NCBI GenBank assembly: GCA_001179505.1
Contig: CDMY01000499.1
Coordinates: 1 to 64,000 of the forward strand
DNA from: Vitrella brassicaformis CCMP3155
Taxonomy: Eukaryota > Protista > Chromerida
Length of the DNA: 64,000 nt
Direction: 5' to 3'
The position numbers and the translations under genes are program-made. Positions 1 to 9,202 of the stretch are shown here, piece after piece (the first letter of the stretch is position 1; every line of letters begins with the position of its first letter). Below the pieces are notes generated by a model, which did not search any database, was not told where the DNA came from, and saw only the letters and a program-made list of their open reading frames with translations.

Positions 1-244
1 GGAAAGCATTCTGAGGAGACACGATCTTATCAGCCATCACCGAAGTGAGATCTGTGTTGATCACCCTTCATGATGTCATACATGGACAGAAACAACTTTG
101 ACTGACTGGCCAGTCCATCGGTCTTATTAAAGTAAAAGCACTCTTACTCTGGGACTTACCGCCCAGCAGATCCTCTATTCAGCTAACTACAGGAAAGGTC
201 CTCACCGGCCTTTTCGCACACCCCTGAATGCTGCCGCCAATGTC

Positions 245-1455
245 ATGGGCGACGCAGCCCAAGGAGCCGCACCGTATGTCGAGTTCCTTCCCCCGCTTGA
301 AGACCCTCCCGCCGAGGAGACGGCTGACCTTCCTGTCACCAAGAAGGAACTGTGGGACTTCCGCCGCCAGATGCGGGACGACACGTCCAAAGTCATCCAT
401 CATTGCAATGACTTGGTTGCATCACGCGAGCAAGAGGTCGCCGCCTTCGCCCACGCCTTGCGGGACCTCCAGACACGTTTCGAAGAGTTGGAGATGTCGA
501 TTGAGGGCCGCCGCGTCAGCGCGTACCTCAAAGCGAGAGAGTCCCTCGTGATCCGCCGTCACCTCTCCCGCATTTGCCCCAAGGACCCAAACAAGGACAT
601 CGACTTCTCCTCGCAAGAGGTGCACCGGATCAACTGGGCTGAGGCGAAGAAGATCGACAGCACTGCACTGGAGACGTCGATTCACAACGGCTGGAACGAC
701 CTCAGCGCGTCCGCAGACCCCCAAGACAAGCAGACGGCTCTCAACCTGCACCGTCTCTTACAAGAGATCAACCACGACAAGTGCCGTCATCAGGGGGTCC
801 ACACGGGGAAGGAGAGCATCTTGGCGTTTCTACAGCACGACGAGCGAACAGCCGCCGCCCCTCCACAAATCTCCCGCCCCTACCAGCTGCACATGCTGGA
901 ATACAAGGACAAGAGCGGCGTGAAGTTGGCAGACACAGTAGCGGGATTGGAGAAAGCCCTCAAACAAGACCGGTACGAGACACACACACACTCTCTTTCG
1001 TGGGCTGTTCTCTCTGTGTCTCCCGTTACTCAACCCGTTCGGGCCTCAACTGTTGGGCTGTTCGCCTTCTCGGGCCTTCGTGCCCTTCTCATCCTCAGCG
1101 AGCTTGGCTCGCTTCTCTTTTTTGTTTATGTCACTGTTTGCTCTTCTTCTGAGTTCTCCCGTCAGTGTCGCCGGTGGCGGTCAAACGCTCCATCACCTCG
1201 ACTCCAAGTCCGTCTCCCGCACTCAAGGCCGCCAAAAAGTACGACGGTCCTTGTCTCAACTGCAAAGTCGGTGGCGTTGAGGCGATGCACGACTTCAACT
1301 ACTGCCGAGACGTGCTCAAAAACCCCTGCCGCATCGAGTGCCTGGCATGCAAGAAAACTGGACGACCCGCGCAGCTGCACTGGATGCATCCTGATCACTG
1401 CAATTCGGTGCGTGTTTCCTACAACCTCCCTCCCCTCTCACACCTCCCTCCGTAG
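245..1455 (+). CDS. Gag-like ORF1: coiled-coil N-terminal part (245-972) and two CCHC-like zinc motifs in another frame (1165-1455)
   Basis: First ORF of the element with a heptad-like segment. After 972 the DNA becomes pyrimidine/microsatellite-rich. Frame 1165-1455 encodes CLNC-x8-H-x4-C and CLAC-x9-H-x6-C. How the two parts join is unresolved. Confidence 0.7.
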
Positions 1456-1957
1456 TCTGTCTCTCGCTTGATTCCATCATGAGACTCTTCTTGAGGGCTC
1501 CTTAAATGCTCTTCCATCCCGTCTCTCCCCTATTAAACAAATCCTGACTCGCCCCACTCTCTCTTCAGTCGCTCGGGGAGGTTCCTCTACTCGCTCACTC
1601 AGGGATGGTTTCCCTTTCTCTACTCAGTCACTCGGGGATGGTTTCCCCTTCAGTCGATGTGGTCGTTCTCGCTCACTGTCTCACCCTTCGATCTCTACCT
1701 CACTTACTTACTTATGTGTTCACTCACCTCTCTCACCTCGCTCGACAACACTCAGCTGCTCAACTGATGTCTCTCGCTCGCTTTGGTTGGTGTGTGATGT
1801 TTGTTTATTGTTTCCTCTCTCTCATTCTCACTTTCTCCTCTTCCTGTTCTCCAGCTCTCTGTCCTTGTGTGTCTCAAGTGTGAGTCCTGTCAGGCGGTTT
1901 GTGTTCACGCCTCACGTTGCCTCACCCCCCTCACCCTCTCCTCTCGCGACGCCTCCC

Positions 1958-4117
1958 ATGGAAGTGTCCTCTGATCAGTCCTCTCTTCCCATCGACGTGT
2001 CTCGTCGTATTCTCACGCTCGAGGATCTGCCCCCGCTGTTCCGCGAAGGCCTCGGCTTCTCGACTGTCACTCTTCCTTCAAACAACCCCTCTCTCCCTTG
2101 GCGCAATGGGCGCCGTCTCTCGGGTTCAACAGCGAGTCAAATGGGTATTCTTCCGGCCGTCTGTCGTGCTTGGGACGAGGGGATCTCTCTTTTGGTTGTT
2201 CGCCAAGTCGAGGCTTTCGAGCGACGAAATTACAAGTCGGTGGACGCGGTTCGTCCTGAAGTTGGGAGGGAACTCGATCGTCTTGCAGAAAAAGGCTGGA
2301 TCGAAGAATGTGCACATCGCCCTCATGTGGTCAGCCCACTGGGAGCCGTCCGCAAAGCAAACGGGAAGATCCGCATCATTATGGACCTGACCATCTCGGG
2401 GGTGAATGCATGTTTATTCGTCCCCCCCATGTCTCTCCCCTCTATCTACGACGCATTACGAATGCTCAAACGAGGCTTCTATCAAGCCAAACTCGACCTT
2501 CGTGACGGTTACTTGCACTTGCCAGTGCGGCCTGACGAATGTGATCTTCTTGGCTTTCGTCATCCTGTCTCTCAGAAGTATTTTCGTTATCGTTTTGCCC
2601 CCTTCTGCGTGTCCACTTTGCCGTGGATTTTCGTTCGTTGCATGTTCTTCTTACAGCGTTGGCTGTTTCAGCGGGGCCTTCGATCGGTCATTGTCTATCT
2701 CGATGACTGGTACACCTGCGGTCCTTCTCTCGCCGATGTCTCGCAAGCAAAGGCCCTCATTCAGACCGCTCTCTCTCGACCCGGTTGGGAAGAGGCCTCA
2801 GACAAAGCCAAAGGGCCAGATCAGCTCGTATCGTTTGTCGGTTTCCTCATTAACACGCTCACGCTAATGCTCTCGATTACAGAGAAAAAAAGGCAGAAAA
2901 TCGTGTCTCTGCTCGACGACATCCTCGAGTGTGCTACCGTCGGCCATGTCAACTTCCAGAAGCTACTCAAACTCATGGGCTCTTGTTGTCATATTGCAGA
3001 CATCGTTCCCTTCAGCCCAGCCCGTCTACGCGCCGCGTGGTCTTTCGCAGCCTTTCATCAGGCGCGTCTCAAGTGGCAGTCGCCCTCCAAAGGATCAGAC
3101 GACACGACCACCGTTCCCCTCCCTCGAGAAGACTCTATCTGGAGAGATCTCCGTTGGTGGCGTCGAAAGTTGTCAACACGGCCCGAGCGGAAGCTACATG
3201 AGGCACCGGATGGCACTCTGTACATCTGGGAACCAAAAGCAGATCCCCTGCGTCTCTTTCCACCTGACCTGCGGTCGGCGGACCCAGTCGTGGCTACCTC
3301 TTCTTCGGAAGTCATTGTCGTTTTTACCGATGCTTCGGACTCCGGCTGGGGTGCGGTTTGGGGTCATCAGTCGTTGCATGGCCGTTGGTTCAAGTCCGCA
3401 CTGCGTCGGTCCCCACCTTCAATCAACTGGCGCGAGTTGATGTCCTTCGTTTTCGCTGCTCAGCGTTGGGCTCAACAATGGTATGGGCGTCGTATCCTTC
3501 TCCGTACAGACAGCACAGCAGTTACGGCATGGATCAACAAGAGACATTCGGCATTCAAGGGCATCATGCGCACTCTTTTCGAGCTCTTCAACCTACTCGG
3601 CAAGTTCCAAGTGGAGCTTCTCGCTCTTCACATCTCGGGTACCGACAACATTGCGGCGGATGCCTTATCTCGTGGCCATAAAGTGGGATCCGACTGTTTG
3701 TTTCGTCTCAACCCACGCTCTCTGCAATCAATCGCTCGCGATTTTCACGTGCGCTTCGCGGCTCACTTTGGTCTTGTCGATCCCAGTTGGGAGAGTCTCA
3801 AGATTCGTCACGTCTCTTTCCGTCCCTCGTGCCCCATCAGCGATATCCCGTCCCCCCTGATTGTCTCTCTCTTTCATCCGCGTGTGGCGAGGGACATGCT
3901 CGACTTCGTTCAGGCTCTTCGTCTTCACACTTCTCAGCGTATCTTCATTCTCACCCCCTTCCCTTTCCCTCCAAACACTCACCAGTTCTTTCTCAAACTC
4001 AAGCCTCGCCGCCAGTGGCGTGCAGGCTCTCGTATTCTCGATATGTGGCTGCCGTGTGTGAATCGATGGACGATCAAACAAGAGTTACCATGGGACCTCT
4101 GGTTGTTTGTTTTTTGA
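1958..4117 (+). CDS. Reverse transcriptase + RNase H (Pol); frame open from 1787, first ATG at 1958
   Basis: RT motifs SPLGAVRK, KIRIIMDL, KLDLRDGYLHLPV, IVYLDD. RNase H motifs VFTDASDSGWG, INWREL, LRTDST, HISGTDNIAADALSR. APFC replaces the canonical LPFG. Confidence 0.95.
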   Translation: MEVSSDQSSLPIDVSRRILTLEDLPPLFREGLGFSTVTLPSNNPSLPWRNGRRLSGSTASQMGILPAVCRAWDEGISLLVVRQVEAFERRNYKSVDAVRPEVGRELDRLAEKGWIEECAHRPHVVSPLGAVRKANGKIRIIMDLTISGVNACLFVPPMSLPSIYDALRMLKRGFYQAKLDLRDGYLHLPVRPDECDLLGFRHPVSQKYFRYRFAPFCVSTLPWIFVRCMFFLQRWLFQRGLRSVIVYLDDWYTCGPSLADVSQAKALIQTALSRPGWEEASDKAKGPDQLVSFVGFLINTLTLMLSITEKKRQKIVSLLDDILECATVGHVNFQKLLKLMGSCCHIADIVPFSPARLRAAWSFAAFHQARLKWQSPSKGSDDTTTVPLPREDSIWRDLRWWRRKLSTRPERKLHEAPDGTLYIWEPKADPLRLFPPDLRSADPVVATSSSEVIVVFTDASDSGWGAVWGHQSLHGRWFKSALRRSPPSINWRELMSFVFAAQRWAQQWYGRRILLRTDSTAVTAWINKRHSAFKGIMRTLFELFNLLGKFQVELLALHISGTDNIAADALSRGHKVGSDCLFRLNPRSLQSIARDFHVRFAAHFGLVDPSWESLKIRHVSFRPSCPISDIPSPLIVSLFHPRVARDMLDFVQALRLHTSQRIFILTPFPFPPNTHQFFLKLKPRRQWRAGSRILDMWLPCVNRWTIKQELPWDLWLFVF

Positions 4118-5190
4118 TGTCTCTTTGCCTCAGCACGTGTCCCACTTGTGGTGGCTCGGGGGTGATGCGCGTTGCCTCTCATTATCAAGCTTTCACGTTC
4201 GAAATCGCGTGCCCGTGCTCTGTTCTCTCAGTGGTTCCTCCGTCGACCTCCCTCCCCTCTATCTCGTCCCTCACAAATCAAATCCGCAGCATCTTCTCTT
4301 CGGCTTACGCCGAATCGACCCTCAACAAATACAGCTCGTCCATCAAACATGTCCCCGATGTCCTCCTCCCCCTCGACTCTCCCGCTAAAGTCCTGGTCGC
4401 CTTCACCAACCTCAAGATGTCTCTTCCAGCGAACAAGACTTTGAGTTGGTCTCGTGTCTCTGGCATCATGTCGGCTGTCAGCTGTTTTCACAGAGTCAGA
4501 AACCTCCCCCCTCCGCCATTCAACGAGCCACTCGTCAAGCTCTTGCTCACGGGCCTTCGCAAACAATGCGACAATACATCCCATCACAGTTTGCCGGTCC
4601 CAGCGAAGGTCTTCACCGAGTTGCTTCGTTATTGGACGTCTAAGAGGACGTATGACGGCCTGCGGAATGCGGCTATTGCCTGTCTGCAGTTTTTTGCAAT
4701 GCGTCGGTCTCGGGAGGTGTTGAGTCTTCAGCGCAATCATCTGGTGCGAGACAGCGACGGCTACAAGATTGTGGTCGACAGGCAGAAGAACGACCCATAT
4801 GGCAAGGGCCAAGTCGTTCCCCTCCCGCACTCGTCTCCTCTTTGTCCTCGCGTCACTTTTCTTCTCGATCAATTCATGCTACTCGCACCACAGTCCACTA
4901 ATGCCCCCCTTTTCCAGTCAACCATGGGTAGTCGCTGGTCCGGCAACACACTGTCGTATGATGCGTGGCGTGCTGCATTGAAACGCGCCGTCCTCGTCAT
5001 CGATCCTTCCGTCAAAGCCACTTCGCACTCTCTCAGGAAAGGCGGGGCTCAATGGGCTATGGATAACGGCGTCCCAGATGATATGATTTGTTACATTGGG
5101 GGATGGGCTCACTCTGCCGCCGTGTGGCGGTTATATGCGCAACGCTCTGTCACAGCGATTCGTGACATGCTTACAAAACTCAATTTCTGA
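4117..5190 (+). CDS. Tyrosine recombinase (YR)
   Basis: Catalytic residues in order: RRSRE (R), RQKND (K), HSLR (H, R), GGW (W), RLY (Y). ATG 4117 overlaps the pol stop (TGATG). Confidence 0.95.
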   Translation: MSLCLSTCPTCGGSGVMRVASHYQAFTFEIACPCSVLSVVPPSTSLPSISSLTNQIRSIFSSAYAESTLNKYSSSIKHVPDVLLPLDSPAKVLVAFTNLKMSLPANKTLSWSRVSGIMSAVSCFHRVRNLPPPPFNEPLVKLLLTGLRKQCDNTSHHSLPVPAKVFTELLRYWTSKRTYDGLRNAAIACLQFFAMRRSREVLSLQRNHLVRDSDGYKIVVDRQKNDPYGKGQVVPLPHSSPLCPRVTFLLDQFMLLAPQSTNAPLFQSTMGSRWSGNTLSYDAWRAALKRAVLVIDPSVKATSHSLRKGGAQWAMDNGVPDDMICYIGGWAHSAAVWRLYAQRSVTAIRDMLTKLNF

Positions 5191-5403
5191 CAGTTGGTCG
5201 AATTACGTCCATGTGTCGATTCCCATCTCTCTCCCCGTCCTCCTTTTCTCTCGCTCCTCCTCCTCCCCTCTCTCTCTCGGTTCCTCGGCTTTCGGCCTCT
5301 GGGCCTTGGCCTCTGTCTCTCAAGCGGTTGTCTCTCGCCATCCGCTGGTGGTGTCTCTCTTTCTTGCCTGGTGGCTCCCTTCGTCGCCCGTGGCACGTTG
5401 GCG

Positions 5404-5503
5404 GTTGGCGGGTTCGCCGATACAGGGCGTCGTTTGACACACCCGGCGACACGGCAACCGTACGTTGTGAGTGTGGAAGCTGCGAGGAGGAAGCCGGGGC
5501 GAA
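5404..5503 (+). repeat. Split direct repeat B1 of the YR element
   Basis: 100 bp identical to 5760-5859 (gttggcgggttcgccg...gccggggcgaa). Confidence 0.97.
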
Positions 5504-5580
5504 GCGGACTGCGGAGGACTGTCAAGTCCGCAGCAGGAAGTTTCGCCCGGCGACCGAGCAGCGTCGTCGTTGAGTCGTGT

Positions 5581-5638
5581 AACGTATCTGCACTGATTGA
5601 TCGGTGTGAAACGTATCTGCACTGATTGATCGGTGCGA
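5581..5638 (+). repeat. 29-bp tandem duplication between B1 and B2
   Basis: aacgtatctgcactgattgatcggtg(t/c)ga twice, one mismatch. Confidence 0.95.
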
Positions 5639-5759
5639 GGACACAGACAGAGTCGTCTGGTGTCCGTCCTTTCTTTCGCGTCCCTCCCTCCCGCCCACTC
5701 TTTTTTCAGATCACGAAGATCCGTCAGCGCGCCCCCCTGAGTTTTACACTCAGGTTCGT

Positions 5760-5859
5760 GTTGGCGGGTTCGCCGATACAGGGCGTCGTTTGACACACCC
5801 GGCGACACGGCAACCGTACGTTGTGAGTGTGGAAGCTGCGAGGAGGAAGCCGGGGCGAA
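5760..5859 (+). repeat. Split direct repeat B2; probable 3' end of the element
   Basis: Identical to 5404-5503; followed by AT-richer host-like sequence. Confidence 0.97.
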
Positions 5860-6233
5860 TAGTGAGATATTCTTTTACATTATCCCATCATATATGAAGA
5901 ATATCCGTACTGGATCTGTCCGTTGCCGTGTGGAGAGTCAGTCGTTCGTGCCTGAGTGAGCGTATGTATGCCTGCGAATGTCTGTGCGTGGCTGTCTGTC
6001 ACTGTCGTGGCTTTCTCGGTTAGTTGTGGATTGGGCGGTCGTGTCTGAGTTCGTTCTCATTCATGGTCTGTATGTATGTATGTACGTACGTAGTGTGCCG
6101 AGGGGCTCATGCAGACAGCCGTGTACCTCGCCTGAGTGCCTCGTCGCTCAGAGATCTCAGTGATAAGAGGCAGTCGAAGTGATTGACCGACGGAGCTTCG
6201 AGCTGCCTCTGTGAGCTTGGCATCTGCGCCTGG

Positions 6234-6789
6234 ATGAAGATCTTGTTGAACAGCATCCAGGCTGCTGTTGGCAGCCTCCTGCTGCTGGTGTTTCCACTGA
6301 CGGTTCTCGCCTTCCGCCCTTCTCGCAGCATCGTCAGACCGTCGCCTCGCCACTCCCGCCCTCTCGCACACCCACCAACCACCGATGTGCGGCCACATGT
6401 CATGGCTCGCGTGTCCAACGCGCTGCGTCGCCCCCTCGAGCGTCTCAAGAAGGACATCAGCCGGAAGACAGGAGAGACAGCAATATCGGTCAACCGATGG
6501 ATATCCGAGGAGGGTGACCAGGGGGGGACGTCTGCAACATCGGTCGACCGATTTATATCCGAGGAGCGTGGCCAGGGGGTGACGTCTTACCAGAACCTGA
6601 TTCTGCACAAGGATGAGATCCTGGACACCTTCATCTACAAGTGGCTTAGCGAGAACCGCAAGTTCGTCCCTGTGACCATTTTCGAAAACTTCGCCGGCCA
6701 GGCACTCTTCAACAGCGGCTTTGAGAAGGGCTGGACTTACCAGTATGTGTGTATGCTGCATGACAGCCGTCGACAGGGAGTGCACATGG

Positions 6790-6824
<35 letters not shown>

Positions 6825-7615
6825 TTTGTCAGGCGCACGTGTGACTACCACATGCACCAGCAGGTTGAGGCGTTGGGGGAGATAGTCGAGACGCGGCCCC
6901 TTGATCGGGTGGGTGTGAGAAAACAGAGAGAGAGAAAGAAAGACACTCAGTGAGTGAGGGGATCGATCGGTTGGTGCGGTGCGGTGCGGTGCGGTGCGTG
7001 TGTGCTGGCAGCTGGTGGATCGCAAGCTGCGTGTGATGTTCGATGCCTACAATAGATGCTGCAAAGATGAACGAACCTTCGCCGAGTTCTACAAGGGCCT
7101 GGTGGACGAGATCAGCAAACGTAGGTATCTGTGTGGGGGGGGGATTGGTTCAACTCGCGCGCATCGTCAAGCGTGTCAGTCTTCTCTGCCCTCTCTCTCT
7201 CTCTCTCTCTCTGTGAATGTGTGTGTGTGTGTGTGTGTGTGTGTTACATCTATCAGCTGAGCACAACTCGATGGGCTCGTATGTCGGCCCGCCAACGTCG
7301 ATATGTCTCAGCATGCCCCAAGACGACTTCTGCTGTGCGATGGTAAACCAGACAGCCACACACACTGGCAGCCAGACACACAGACGGCCACACACACAGA
7401 CAGCCGGAGAGAGAAACAGCGACCTGCCCACCGACTAATGACCCCCCTGTGTGTGTGTGTGTGTGTGTGTGCAGGAGATTATCTGCGGGTCGATGAGCTG
7501 GGGGACGTGGCGCAAGCTTCTGACAGACGAAGAACTAATGGCGATTCAGCAGTGGCAAGAGAACCTGCCCGCAGAGATCCGCTCAAGACAGACGACGTCA
7601 GCAGGTCGCGTGTAG
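6234..7615 (+). CDS. Hypothetical protein with signal peptide + Phe-initiated transit-like leader (candidate plastid-targeted); 5 exons
   Basis: Leader MKILLNSIQAAVGSLLLLVFPLTVLA|FRPSRS followed by an S/R/P-rich stretch. GT-AG introns (first 6743-6832) join open exons ending EIICGSMSWGTW...GRV*. Confidence 0.7.
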
Positions 7616-8311
7616 CGACCAGGAGGGAGTCGCCAACGGCACGGGCATGGTGCCATGCCGCACACGGGCCATCTCCAGATTTCTCGGCATGGCTCTTGGA
7701 ATAAGGGCGGGGGCGCGCCGGCGGCTGAGATCACCACCGCCAATCACGGCAGACCAGGTGAGTGCGAAGAACAGGAAAAAGATTCGCGCCATCGGTCTGC
7801 GATTGGAAGTATTCATTCAGATGGATGCGTACATGTGCTGGTGCGTAGCTGCCACTGAGTAGGCTCACCTCTTGCGAGGCACCGTTTGCGCAGCTGCTGA
7901 TCAGACAGACGGAGGCTCACAGACGATGCTGCAAGGAAAAAATATCGACAGAGGATGCAACAAGCTTGTGCTTTCGGATCTTCGTTTGCCTCACCGTCCT
8001 GATGCTCAGATGACCAGATCGGCACAAAACACGGTCTCTCCTCTACGGCACTTTTCTCGCCTAGCTTGGGAGGAGCGGTTTCACGAAATGTCCTAAGCGG
8101 CCTGCCTAGCTTGGCATCTGCGAGCTTAGCCACTGCGATTTCGGATGCGGACGCCATTCCAGCTTCATCTACCGCTTGCCTGACAGCGCCTGACTCCCTG
8201 ACTCGCACCTCTCGTCATCGGCACAGATCCGTCTGTCTCGATACTCGCTTCAGTGCTGCGCCTGGTTTGCCTGAAGCAGTCAGTGGCTTGGTTCAGCAGC
8301 GTTTTGGCAGG

Positions 8312-8784
8312 ATGCTTGTTCTGAGAAGGCTGCTGGTGACTGTGTGTGTGTTGCTGCTCGGCACCTCCATCGCGTCGGGGCAGAGCGACGGCAGTGGCAA
8401 GAAGGACTCAGTGGGTCGGGAGCTGAGCTCTGACGAGCTCGAGGAGTACAAAAAGGACTTCATCGACTTTGACCTCAACGCTGATGGTACGCAGCCGAAG
8501 AACTCGCCTCACACCACTGCGACTGGGTTGGTGGTGGGTGGTGATGGGTGTGATGCAGGTCACATCGATGCGCAAGAGATCCGGATAGCGTTCAAGAATG
8601 ATATCCACCCTCGTGAGCTCTACCAGTTCTTCTTTGATGTCGACCAGGACGACTCGGGCACCGGTGAGCTGCTGAGGGGACGTGTTTGGATGTTACTGAC
8701 ACGTGTGTGTGCTCGGGTGTGTGCGCGTGGTGTGCAGTGACGATGGAGGAGTACATTGACTACGCCATCACTGTCGAGGGATGA
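8312..8784 (+). CDS. Small secretory-pathway two-EF-hand calcium-binding protein; 3 exons
   Basis: Signal peptide MLVLRRLLVTVCVLLLGTSIASG; EF loops DLNADG|HIDAQE and DQDDSGT|VTMEE. Introns 8487-8558 and 8664-8737 splice in frame. Confidence 0.88.
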
Positions 8785-9202
8785 GCGAGCGGTTTGACGG
8801 ACGTTTATGAGGCCGTACGTGTGTTGTGGGTGCATTCGCGCGCCGTCCGAGTGACTCTGAGTTGTGGCTGACTGACTGACTGACTGGATCCATGCATCAT
8901 GAGGTTTAAGTACTGGTGTGAATGCATTCATCACCCCTTTACCAGTCATCGATTGCACCACTTGTCAGTCGTCCTTGGGTCTATCAGCCAGCCAGACACA
9001 CATCCACGCCACACAGACGACGACACACTCCAAACCTGCCCACTTCCTTCGTCATACTCTTATCCCCCAAACAAACACGCCAATAATCACTTACCGACCT
9101 AATCAGCCACCTGTATAGACACACACACACACACACACGAGCCCACATTCCCAAACCACGTACATGGTGTCTGTCGACCTTTCGCACACCTGCTCTTGCG
9201 GC

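Larger units (their letters stand above)
245..5859 (+). mobile_element. Tyrosine-recombinase retrotransposon (DIRS superfamily; Ngaro/PAT-like split-direct-repeat type); 5' end not visible in window
   Basis: Ordered gag-like ORF, RT (YLDD) + RNase H ORF and tyrosine recombinase ORF, followed by a perfect 100-bp repeat pair (5404-5503, 5760-5859) that ends at the junction with host-like DNA. Confidence 0.93.

Noticed and set aside
1408-1893. Donor at 1408 (GTGCGT) linking the zinc motifs to Pol
   Set aside because: It is phase 0 and does not match the frame of the acceptors I checked at 1854, 1878, 1884 or 1893.
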